Of a stretch of DNA of 64,000 nt, positions 49,201-61,200 are shown in pieces; the first letter of the stretch is position 1, and each line of letters opens with the position of its first letter. The stretch lies in the NCBI GenBank assembly GCA_950097015.1, contig CATNEN010000024.1:372001-436000 (forward strand), written 5' to 3'. A program made the translations under genes and the position numbers. This DNA comes from Macrostomum hystrix. Taxonomy: Eukaryota > Animalia > Platyhelminthes. Under the pieces are notes generated by a model. That model was not told the DNA's origin. It saw only the letters and a program-made list of their open reading frames with translations, and did no database searches.

Positions 49201-51608
49201 TCCAAGTTGATCGAGATGGGACAAATTTCCCCTTAAGGGTTAACTGGTCCGAGTTAATCGAGATGGGATAAAAATCCCTCCTAAAGGTTAACTGGTCCAA
49301 GTTGATTGCGATGGGATAATATCCCCCTAAAGGTTAACTGGTCCAAGTTGATTGCGATGGGATAATATCCCCCTAAAGGTTAACTGGTCCAAGTTGATTG
49401 CGATGGGATAATATCCCCCTAAAGATTAGTTAACAGGTTAATAATCGTTTCGAGTTGATTAAGAAATGACACGACAAATGACGCAAAAAACAAAATATTC
49501 CACCTAGGCTCTACGTGGCCCTGCCGAAGCCGCGAGACGACAAGTGCCGCCCGCCCGTGGTACCGGAGGCGGTGGTGCGCAAGCGCGAACTAGTCGCCCA
49601 GGGCGTGGAAGTTGAGAAGGCCCCGCCGCGTAAACTCGAGCGCGACATCGAACTGGAGATGGGCCACGACTATGTGCTGGACCTGCAGAAGAACTGGCTA
49701 CTAGAGAAGGAGGAATGGAAGAAGGACGCCATTCCGGAGATCTGGGAGGGCCACAACATTCAGGTGAGCCCTTTTCTCACCTTGCTTTAGGGGTCGTCAT
49801 AACTAAATTAGTTCTCTAACCACAATTCTCACTATCACTCCTGCGAGCGTATATCCCTTATTTCTTCCCACTACCCAGACTTTTCTCTCTACCAGCCAGA
49901 ACAACCAATTTATCCCTCCACAACCCAAGATCCCCAGATCCTCCAATTCTCCCCCCACTACTCAAGATCCCTATATTCTAAAATTCTCCCCTCCACAACT
50001 CAAGATCCCCAGATCCTCCAATTCTCCCCCCACTGCTCAAGATCCCTATATTCTAAAATTCTCCCCTCCACAACTCAAGATCCCTATATCCTCAAATTCT
50101 CCCCCCCCACTGCTCAAGATCCCTATATTCTAAAATTCTCCCCTCCACAACTCAAGATCCCTATATCCTCAAATTCTCCCCCACTACTCAAGATCCCTAT
50201 ATCCTCAAATTCTCCCCCCCACTACTCAAGATCCCTATATTCTAAAATTATCCCCTCCACAACTCAAGATCCCTATATCCTCAAATTCTCCCCTCCACAA
50301 CTCAAGATCCCTATATCCTCAAATTCTCCCCTCCACAACTCAAGATCCCTGTATCCTCAAATTCTCCCCCCACAACCCTCAGATGCTCATATTCTTTCTT
50401 CCAAAATCCAAAATCCGAATTCCAAAATCCTTATACACTTCCCACCTTAACCCTAATCCTCAAATTCTTCCCACCACAGCCCAAGATCCCCGAATCCCCT
50501 GATTCTTTTAACGACAACTGAAGTTCCCCAAATTATTCGCACTGCAACTCGCAACATCTCGAAATCCCAAAAGTTAAATCCTCTGGCGACGTTGGTTTTA
50601 CGAGGCGACCTTAATCCCCTTGACCTTATTTGTGTCTTCCTTATAAAAAGTCCACGTCCTAACTTGTCGAATTGCCTCATTTCAGGACTTCATTGACCCG
50701 GACATCCTGGAACGGCTGCGCCAGTTGGAGCGCGAAGAGGACGCCAGAGCCGGGGCCGGTTTTTACGACATCGACCAGCCGGAGTCGGACGACGAAATGC
50801 AGGCCATCCGGCACACGGCCCGGCTGATTCGCGAGAAGAAGGCTCTGCGCAAGCTGGAGAGCCGAGAGCGCAAAGGTGTGAAGGGAGCTAAGATGCCGCG
50901 AACTGGAAAGAAGGTGAGTGTATACTAGCTACGAGCTGCAATCCATCTTCGCATTTTTAACGTTTTTGTGTCGGCTCGCTTTACATGATAAACTACGAGC
51001 CTTCGAGTTTAATACAGTTTACTAGATTTATAGATGTCCCTAAAGTACATTTCGATGTGCATTTAAAGGATAAAAGACATTGCACTTAAAGTACATATAG
51101 ACGTTCCACTAAAGTACATGCAGGCATTTTACTAAAAGTACACACCTATATATACCCATAAAAGTACATTTCGAATTTGCGCTTCAACTTGCCGTTTAAA
51201 GTACATTTTAAATGCACATCAAATAAACCGCAGGTCAATACCGACGATGTCGAAGAGGGCATGGAGGATCTCGGTGTCGATGTCGACGCCGATGCCGCTG
51301 CCTATCTGTCGGCCGGCCGGTCGCGCAGTCGCGTCCGCGAACGCTCCGCCCAGCGTCGTCGCGACGCCGACGTTGCCGCAGACGCCGAAAGACGCTCGCG
51401 TTCGCGCTCTCGTTCCCGGCCGCCGCGCTCCGAGTCCGGCGTTCGCGACGCCGACATGGCCGGCAAGGTTCGCCTGATGGCGAAGAAATCGCAGCGCAAG
51501 TCCAACCAGTTGGCCAGGAAGGGCGAGGCGGACAGGCACGTGTACATCGCCAAGCCGAAGCATTTGTTCAGCGGCAAGCGCGGCATTGGCAAGACCGATC
51601 GTCGGTGA
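46277..51608 (+). CDS. GTPBP4: Nucleolar GTP-binding protein 1 (NOG1)
   Basis: Exons 46277-46735, 47373-47717, 48527-48798, 49508-49763, 50686-50913, 51234-51608, phases consistent. [64 protein letters not shown]. Confidence 0.98.
46757..47020 (+). mobile_element. SINE family A copy in NOG1 intron 1
   Basis: TAGCCTAGTGGTTTAAG...GAGTTCGATTCTT...TTAGCAGGGCACTTAAC...TCCATGGACTGAACAGCTGTA. Confidence 0.8.
47050..47290. repeat. ~48-bp minisatellite, NOG1 intron 1
   Basis: TGAGTACTGACCCAATCCTGCCACTCTACTGTGAGTAGTCCTCACCTT, ~5 copies. Confidence 0.9.
47742..48330. repeat. 25-26-bp minisatellite, NOG1 intron 2
   Basis: CCTGCTTCGATTCTT followed by AGGTAAGGGTT, CGGTTAAAGCT or GGGTACGGGGT. Confidence 0.95.
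48945..49430. repeat. ~44-bp minisatellite, NOG1 intron 3
   Basis: AAAGGTTAACTGGTCCAAGTTGATCGAGATGGGATAAAAATCCCCCT units. Confidence 0.9.
49900..50400. repeat. ~42-bp minisatellite, NOG1 intron 4
   Basis: AAATTCTCCCCTCCACAACTCAAGATCCCTATATCCTC units. Confidence 0.9.
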
Positions 51609-52252
51609 ACATTTCTATTCTTATCCATTAAAATGATGCTATTCATACTACTAATTGTCAACGCGCAGTAATTTGACAAGCGTTTTTTGTTGTTACTTGC
51701 GATTCGACAGGAATAAAATTGACAGAAAAACTAATGAATATGGCGGTTGATCATGGTCCATCAAATGAATCTGGAAAGAATTTCTCCGCTGCTCTTGTGT
51801 GAAAAAACATCTAGAAATTACATTTAATTTATTTTGCGTTAATTTTTTTCATATCTGCAGTTCTAAAGCAATCAAGAAAGAAAAATGTCTGGAGCCTTAA
51901 CGGAAATTTTAATTTAAGTTTGAAGCTTTACATTTACTTTATCTGTAGCCGAGATCTCAGTATATTTATTTAATATATTCGGCGTACTTTAAACTACGCA
52001 GAAAAAAGTACATAAATTAACATCGCCAAGTCGAAGCATTTGTTCAGCGGCAAGCGCGGCATTGGCAAGACTGTACTTTACCAGTTCTGCTAAAGTACAC
52101 ATATATGCGAATAATTTTCTTACCTGAAACCTACCTGACGCAGATTTTTTATCTCACCTTGAAGAGTAAAGATGTTTAGCAATCGTCTAACCAGAACTCA
52201 CCGTTATCTGCAATTGAAGTTGCAGAAAAAATTGAGAGTCGTAAAAATATTA

Positions 52253-55200
52253 TCACAATCGCAAAAATGCTGTCACTGTTCTTCAGTCAGCCAATCACAA
52301 ACCTCCAGTTCTTCAGTCAGCCAATCACAAACCTCCAGTTCTTCAGTCAGCCAATCACAAACCTCAAGTTCTTCAGTCAGCCAATCACCAAACTCCAGTT
52401 CTTCAGTCAGCCAATCACCAAACTCCAGTTCTTCAGTCAGCCAATCACCAAACTCCAGTTCTTCAGTCAGCCAATCACCAAACTCGAGTTCTTCAGTCAG
52501 CCATTCACCAAACTCCAGTTTGTCAGTCAGCCAATCACAAACCTCCAGTTCTTCAGTCAGCCAATCACCAAACTCCAGTTCTTCAGTCAGCCAATCACCA
52601 AACTCCAGTTCTTCAGTCAGCCAACCACAAACCTCCAGTTCTTCAGTCAGCCAATCACAAACCTCCAGTTCTTCAGTCAGCCAATCACCAACCTCCAGTT
52701 CTTCAGTCAGCCAATCACAAACCTCCAGTTCTTCAGTCAGCCAATCGTAGCCCCAGATCTTCATCCAGCCAATCACAGCCCCCAGTTCATCCATCATTTA
52801 ATCGCACCCCTGGTTTTTCAATCTGCCAATCACAGCCCCAGTTCTGCAATCAGATAATCACAGCCTCTATTTCTTTAACCAGTCAATCACAGCCCCCAGT
52901 TCTGTAACCAGCCAATCACAGCCCCCAGTTCTGTAACCAGCCAATCGCAACCTCCAGTTCTGTAACCAGCCAATCACAGCCCCAAGTTCTTTAACCAGCC
53001 AATCACAGCCGCAGTTCTTTAACTAGCTAATCGCAACCAGCAGTTCTGTAACCAGCCAATCACAGCTCGCAGGTGAAGCAGCTCACAGTAGTACTCGGTC
53101 ACCACCACCGTGTCTCGCAAGCTGATGCCGGAGCCGCAGTCGACCGGAGCCGCGTAGAGAAAGCCGGCAATGCCGCGCCGAATCAGCAGACACCACTTGC
53201 CAGGGTCGTCTAGCCACTGCACCGCGGCTCCGGCGGAGCCCCACAGCTGGCTGGCCAGCTGCCAGTTCTGACCGGCGTCGAAGCTGCCTCCGTCCGGCCA
53301 CTGCCAGCCGGCCAACGCGTCCTCGTACAGCGGCACCCAGGTGTTCAATAGCACTGTTATCAATCCGTTTTTTAGCCCATTCTGCAGGTCGCTAAATGTA
53401 GTCGCCGCCGGCTGCGGGCACCGACGGGCCACAGCCAACCCGTCGGCCTCCAGCACATACGAAGAGGCGGATGTCTGGCCTGAGACGGCAAACGGATACT
53501 TTGATCACCCACCTCAGTAGACTGGCTACTTTGATCACCCACCTCAGTAGACTGGCTACTTTGATCACCCACCTCAGTTGACTGGCTACTTTGATCACCC
53601 ACCTCAGTTGACTGGCTACTTTGATCACCCACCTCAGTAGACTGGCTACTTTGATCACCCACCTCAGTAGACTGGCTACTTTGATCACCCACCTCAGTAG
53701 ACTGGCTACTTTGATCACCCACGTCAGTTGACTGGCTACTTTGATCACCCACCTCAGTAGACTGGCTACTTTGATCACCCACCTCAGTAGACTGGCTACT
53801 TTGATCACCCACCTCAGTTGATTGGCTACTTTGATCACCCACCTCAGTTGACTGGCTACTTTGATCACCCACCTCAGTAGGATGGCTACTTTGATCACCC
53901 ACCTCAGTAGACTGGCTACTTTGATCACCCACGTCAGTTGACTGGCTACTTTGATCACCCACCTCAGTAGACTGGCTACTTTGATCACCCACCTCAGTAG
54001 ACTGGCTACTTTGATCACCCACCTCAGTAGACTGGCTACTTTGATCACCCACCTCAGTTGACTGGCTACTTTGATCACCCACCTCAGTAGACTGGCTACT
54101 TTGATCACCCACCTCAGTTGACTGGCTACTTTGATCACCCACCTCAGTTGACTGGCTACTTTGATCACCCACCTCAGTAGACTGGCTACTTTGATCACCC
54201 ACCTCAGTAGACTGGCTACTTTGATCACCCACCTCAGTTGACTGGCTACTTTGATCACCCACCTCAGTAGGATGGCTACTTTGATCACCCACCTCAGTTG
54301 ACTGGCTACTTTGATCACCCACCTCAGTAGACTGGCTACTTTGATCACCCACCTCAGTAGACTGGCTACTTTGATCACCCTTTCATCATGTAATCAGGAC
54401 CTTAATTAGAGTTATGAACACAGGCAGGACTCTCTCACCTGGACACAGCAGTGGGATCTTGGTCGGCTGCTGGCACGGCACCCCAATGAAACCAGTTCCC
54501 ATCGCAACTACGCATTTGGTGATTGGCGAACTACCATTAGAAACCCAGTTGATGCCGGTTGCGTTCACCAGTTCGCCAGTGAACGGGTCTCCGTAACGAA
54601 ACCGCCTAGGAAAGCTTGGCCTGCTCCTCTTGATGCCGAAGTAAATATTGTATCTGAAATAACGCCATCAGCGTTTTATGCGCTTCGTTGCTACTATCAG
54701 TAGGCTATCGGTTAACTCAAACATAGAAGCCTTTCCGGTTGGAAAGGGATAGGGGGAAGAGCTGGGGAATAGAGATAAGAAGAGCTGGGGAATAAAGATG
54801 GGAAGAGCTGGGGAATAGAGAGGGAGGGGAAGAGCTGGGGAATAGAGATAAGAAGAGCTAGGGAATAAAGATGGGAAGAGCTGGGGAATAGAGATAGGAA
54901 GAGCTGGGGAATAGAGATAAGAAGAGCTGGGGAATAAAGATGGGAAGAGCTGGGGAATAGAGAGGGAGGGGAAGAGCTGGGGAATAGAGATAAGAAGAGC
55001 TGGGGAATAAAGATGGGAAGAGCTGGGGAATAGAGATAGGAAGAGCTGGGGAATAAAGATGAGAAGAGCTGGGAATAGAGAGGGAGGGGAAGAGCTGAGG
55101 AATAGATAGGGAAGAGCTGGGGAATAGAGAGGGGAAGAGTTTGGGAATAGAGTGGGAAGGGCTGAGGAATAGGGAGGGAAGAGCTGAGGAATAGAGTGGG

Positions 55201-58200
55201 GAAGAGCCGAAGAACAGGGAGGGAAGAGCTGAGGAATTGAGTGGGGAAGAGCTGAAGAACAGGGAGGGAAGAGCTAGGGAATAGAGAGGGAAGAGCCAGA
55301 GAATAGAGAGGGAAGAGCCTGGGAATAGAGAGAAGAGCTGGGGAAGATTTTTTTCTTGATCTCGTCTCTTACTGTCTCGATCTCTCAGACCTTTCTTACC
55401 TGTATTTGGTGTAGAGAGGCGCCAGGCTCCTCTGCAATAGGTCGGCCAATAAGAGTCGCTCTAGCTGATCGGCGTTCAGCTGCTGGCCAATCACAGCTGG
55501 CGGGCTGGCCGCGGTGGTGGTCGACGCCTGACTGTCAGCCAATAGGCGTGCGCAGAGATTGGCGTCTGTAGCAGCGCAGGCTCTAGTGTCTAGCCAGGGT
55601 GCACACTTGGCCGGTTTCAGCCCAGGGAACCAATCACCGTTGGTGGATTGCAAACATGTGTACAGCACGGAGGAGGGCTGCCATGCAGAGCCGTCCCAGA
55701 GGCGGTAGCCGGTCGGACAGCTGAGATTGACAGTCTGGGAAGGCCTGTACTCGCGAGCCAGGCTGCTGTTGGAGTACGGATTTCCCGAGAGCAAGTCCAG
55801 GACGCAGCCTTGTGAAAAACAAATAGCCGTTTAAATTTTCCTGAACCATCAGGGTTCCTAAACTGTCAGGGTTCCTGAACCATCAGGGTTCCTGAACCAT
55901 CAGGGTTCCTGAACCATCAGGGTTCCTGAACCATCAGGGTCCCTGAACCATCAGGGTTCCTGAACCATCAGGGTTCCTGAACCATCAGGGTTCCTGAACC
56001 ATCAGGGTTCCTGCACCATCAGGGTTCCTGAACCATCAGGGTTCCTGAACCATCAGGGTTCCTGAACCATCAGGTTTCCTGAACCATCAGGCCTTCTAAA
56101 CCTGAGTACAGCGAATCCGTAGCACTCACTCGTCGTTGGATTGATGTTGCAGATAGCCAAGTCCACTCGATCCTGGCAGCCGTTGAGTCGAAAATGCACC
56201 GTGCCTGAGCGGGCGATTCCCAGGACGCAGGCGGGGTTGCTGCCACCCATTGAGGCCGCGGCCAGGGCGGCGCTTGAGGTCAGGAGGTCAACGAGTGCAT
56301 CCGGAGCCCACACTGGCGGAATATTATTGGCCCTCCAGCGCCACTGGCTGGCCAAGTCGTCGTAAACTGGGACAGCGATGTAGTCGAAGCCGGATGTGGC
56401 ATTCAGGCCGGCTGAGGAGTTCAGGTAGTCGTTGAGCAGCGAGTCAGTCCATTGGTTGGCCTGGCTGAACGATTGAAACGGATGGGCCAGCTCCATGCCT
56501 AGCTGAGTGCAGCGCAATTTCATCGCAGCTACTGTTGCTAGGGTGCCGTTCGGCATGGCAACCAGGGTGTAGTTGTTGTCTGGATTTAAGAACGAGTCTT
56601 TTTTCATTTATTAAAAATCGGTCAAATTTTTGCATTCAATGCTACTTTACAGTTGCTACCCAACGGTAGCTACCCTATACGGTTGCTACCCTATACGGTT
56701 GCTAAACTACGGTTGCTAAACTACGGTTGCTGTGCACTCACTGGCGAAGCATAAGCAGCCAATGGTCAGGCCAACCGGTTTGTCGCAAGGCACCAGCAGC
56801 AGGGATTTGTTGGCGACAAACAGTACGGCACAATGTCCAGTGTCACTGCCAGCCAGTGTCTGGCCATAGTCAGTCAAGCTGCGGCCCCACAGCGGGTGCC
56901 AAAGACGCATTGGGCGAGGCGTCCACGCAGAAGCAGCAGTCTTGTACAGGCCAACATAGAAAGTTAGCCTAAAAAGTTTGAGTTTGTGATTTTGTGAATT
57001 AATTTGCTTATAACTGGGGAACAGGCAAACAGGCGTTTTGGGGGACAGGAGGACAGGCGGATAGGGGGACAGACGGATAGGGGAAAAGGCGGAATGGGAA
57101 CAGGCGTTTTGGGGGACAGGAGGACAGACGGATAGGGGGACAGACGGATAGGGGGACAGGCGGAATGGGAACAGGCGGATAGGGGACAGGCGGATAGTGG
57201 ACAGGCGGACGGGCGGATTGGCGACAGGCGGATAGGGGGACAGGCGGATAGAGGGACAGGCGGATAGGGGGACAGGCGGATAGAGGGACAGGCGGATAGG
57301 GGGACAGGCGGATAGGGGGACAGGCGGATAGGGGACAGGCGGATAGGGGGACAGGCGGATAGGGGACAGGCGGATAGGGGACAGGCGGATAGGGGACAGA
57401 CGGATAGGGGGACAGGCGGAATGGGAACAGGCGGATAGGGGACAGGCGGATAGGGGACAGGCGGATAGTGGACAGGCGGATAGGGGACAGGCGGATAGGG
57501 GACAGGCGGATAGGGGGACAGGCGGATAGAGGGACAGGCGGATAGGGGGACAGGCGGATAGGGGGACAGGCGGATAGGGGACAGGCGGATAGGGGACAGG
57601 CGGATAGGGGACAGGCGGATAGGGGGACAGGCGGATAGGGGACAGGCGGATAGGGGACAGGCGGATAGGGGACAGACGGATAGGGGGACAGGCGGAATGG
57701 GAACAGGCGGATAGGGGACAGGCGGATAGGGGACAGGCGGATAGTGGACAGGCGGATAGGGGACAGGCGGATAGGGGACAGGCGGACGGGCGGATTGGCG
57801 ACAGGCGGATAGGGGGACAGGCGGATAGAGGGACAGGCGGATAGTGGACAGGCGGATAGGGGACAGGCGGATAGGGGACAGGCGGACGGGCGGATAGGGG
57901 ACAGGCGGATAGGGGACAGGCGGATAGGGGACAGGTGGATAGGGGACAGGCGGATAGGGGACAGGCGGATAGGGGACAGACGGATAGGGGGACAGGCGGA
58001 CAGGCAGATTGGCGACAGACGGATAGGGGGACAGACGGACAGGGGGACAGGCGGACAGGGGGACAGGTGGATAGGGGACAGGCGGACAGGCGGATGACTC
58101 ACGCATCGGGATAAAAGATGGCGCTCTGATTGGCCAGGTAGCTTAGCGTCGCGCTGAGCAAGCTGTGCGAGGCGTAAAAATCGCTGCCACAGTAATTATA

Positions 58201-61200
58201 AGCGTAATTGTCGGGTCTATAATATATGCTCAGACCTTCCTGTATGCCTGAGGCGAATACCCAGTATTTGTTGTTTACTTGAGGCAGGCTGGGTCGGCAA
58301 TAAGGTGTCAAATAGTTAAAGTCGTTATTCCAAATTGGTTGTTGGCTAACAAAATTGACGTAACACCTTGGCATTTGACTGACATCAAGTGGGGCTGTTT
58401 CGCCACTTGTCAATCTTGAGAATAGCGTGAAATTAGGCAAGCAGCTGAGCATCACCAGCTCATCGGGTGAGTAGAATCTTCGGCGAATGCCGGGAAAACT
58501 TGTCGGTGCCACTGCGAGGTCCATCTCACAGGCTGCGGGGTTGTTAAGCACGTTTGGAGCGGGCTAGTCAAGCTCTGGGCTCTCAAAAACCAAGCATTCC
58601 TTGGCTACCTCACTCCGCATTCCTTAGTTTCCTCACTCCGCATTCCGTAGCTACCTCACTCCGCATTCCTTGGCTACCTCACTCTGCATTCCCTAGTTTC
58701 CTCACTCCGCATTCCGTAGCTACCTCACTCCGCATTCCTTGGCTACCTCACTCCGCATTCCTTAGTTTCCTCACTCCGCATTCCTTAGTTTCCTCACTCC
58801 GCATTCCTTAGTTTCCTCACTCCGCATTCCTTGGCTACCTCACTCCGCATTCCTTAGTTTCCTCACTCCGCATTCCGTAGCTACCTCACTCCGCATTCCT
58901 TGGCTACCTCACTCCGCATTCCTTAGTTTCCTCACTCCGCATTCCGTAGCTACCTCACTCCGCATTCCTTAGTTTCCTCACTCCGCATTCATTAGTTTCC
59001 TCACTCCGCATTCCTTGGCTACCTCACTCCGCATTCCTTAGTTTCCTCACTCCGCATTCCTTGGCTACCTCACTCCGCATTCCTTAGTTTCGTCACTCCG
59101 CATTCCGTAGCTACCTCACTCCGCATTCCTTGACTACCTCACTCCGCATTCCTTAGTTTCCTCACTCCGCATTCCGTAGCTACCTCACTCCGCATTCCTT
59201 GGCTACCTCACTCCGCATTCCTTAGTTTCCTCACTCCGCATTCCGTAGCTACCTCACTCCGCATTCCTTAGTTTCCTCACTCCGCATTCCTTAGTTTCCT
59301 CACTCCGCATTCCTTGGCTACCTCACTCCGCATTCCTTAGTTTCCTCACTCCGCATTCATTAGTTTCCTCACTCCGCATTCCTTGGCTACCTCACTCCGC
59401 ATTCCTTAGTTTCCTCACTCCGCATTCCGTAGCTACCTCACTCCGCATTCCTTGGCTACCTCACTCCGCATTCCTTAGTTTCCTCACTCCGCATTCCTTG
59501 GCTACCTCACTCCGCATTCCTTAGTTTCCTCACTCCGCATTCCCTAGCTACCTCACTCCGCATTCCTTAGCTACCTCACTCCGCATTCCATAGCTACCTA
59601 GCTAACTCACTCCGCATTCCTTAGCTACCTCACTCCGCATTCGATAGTTTCCTCACTCCGCATTCCATAGCTACCTCACTCCGCATTCCATAGCTACCTC
59701 ACTCCGCATTCCATAGCTACCTCACTCCGCATTCCATAGCTACCTCACTCCGCATTCCTTAGCTAAATTCTTGCCACAATCCCAGGTGCCTGGTCTGTTG
59801 ATGCCCCTGATGCCAGCAGGCAGGCATGCAGGCAGTGTCGCCTCACAGGCTGATTGGTTGAACACGCAGATCCCAACCAGGCTAGCCAATGAAGTGCTGT
59901 CCTCGACGAGCCGGTAGCGCGCCCGATCACGCTGTGTCTTCAAGGCCAGCCCGGCACCAGAAGATGCGCTGGCCGAACCTGTGGTCGCCGAGCTGAGCAT
60001 CGCGCGCAGAGCTTCGATCTCGTCGGCGAATCGATATCGAGTCGTGTTGTCCAGCCACAGCCAGGCGTCGGCGGAGTCCTCGTACATTGCGGCAATCACG
60101 GCGTCGCCGTCCGATGGGAAGGCGGCATTGGCCAACGGGTCTGCTTCTAGAAGCAGCCGGCCCAGACTGGTTGGCATCGGGCTGGCCAGCTGCTGGCAGG
60201 ATGCCAGGCCGCTGAGCTGATCGTCGGTGGACGTCAGCTGGCCTCGGGTGTACGCTGTCCGATTTCCTGCAGTGAGCGGCCATTTGGGGAGAAACGATGA
60301 TGCGCTGGCTTAGCTAAGTCAAAATTCACCAATCTCAGAAATTCCCACCGGCTCTTGGAATTAAACCAGATTTCCCATTTTCCGGGGGGTCACTGGCAAA
60401 GTGGTTAACGCGTTTGCCTCTCGTACCATGGTCGCTGAGCTCGATTCCGCTGCGAGGCCACATTCATTTAAGGCACAGCCGCGGAGAGAAGGCTTGGGGG
60501 CTTTTTGATTAATTTACGCAATGAGGGCCAACCTCCAAAGCACAGTGAGAGTGTACACTGCCTGACGATGAGAAAGTCAGGGCAGATGTACACACCTGTG
60601 TGAGTGTGTGCCTGCGTACGGTATCTGTGTGCTTGCGTGCTCAGGAGTCAGCGAAACGGGCAGAATCCTTAGAATTATCTAGTAATTCTGCTTGCCATCA
60701 TAGCAGTAATAGGAGCTTGGCATGCCAAGGTCGCAAGCCACTTCAGATAGTACAGCCGGCCTTGTCTTGTGGCTCATCTGCACACAATGCCTGTCCAGCC
60801 TCTGGTCCTTCACAGCATCGGCCGGGTCCAGTACTAGCCGCTTGCCCCAGATCGGATGGCCGACTCGATAAGTTTTCTGACTCGGCGAGATGAAGCTGGC
60901 ACGCTTGCGTACGCCCAGGTCGAGGGAGAACCTGAAAATTATTGATCAACGAGACTTTTACACATCAGTGCTAAAAATTCATTCTAGACATCCACTTCAC
61001 GACTTCAAACCTCCTGTTTGAACATCTGCTCTAGACACCCACCTCACGACTTCACACCTTCCTGTTTGAAAATTCATTCTACACACCCACCTCACGACTT
61101 CACACCTCCATGTTTAAATATCCGTTCTAGACACCCACCTCACGACTTCACACTTCCCTGTTTGAACATCCGTTCTAGACACCCACCTCACGACTTCACA

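Noticed and set aside
52172-54378. Long repeat ORFs (SSSSVSQSQT, GDQSSQSTEV, VIKVASLLRW; up to 328 aa) as repetitive proteins
   Set aside because: 30-bp units keep frames open by arithmetic; both arrays lie in predicted introns between phase-compatible splice sites.
56964-58106. 380-aa Pro-rich PPVPY ORF as an extensin-like or adhesive protein
   Set aside because: It is the G-rich minisatellite inside the intron between exons 58103 and 56968, which join in phase 2.
60560-60590. CTGANGA(TGA)GAAA in SINE B as a minimal hammerhead (also ~12375 and ~14695 on the minus strand)
   Set aside because: There is no stem II between CUGANGA and GAAA and no stem III/NUH geometry; it is a simple hairpin loop.
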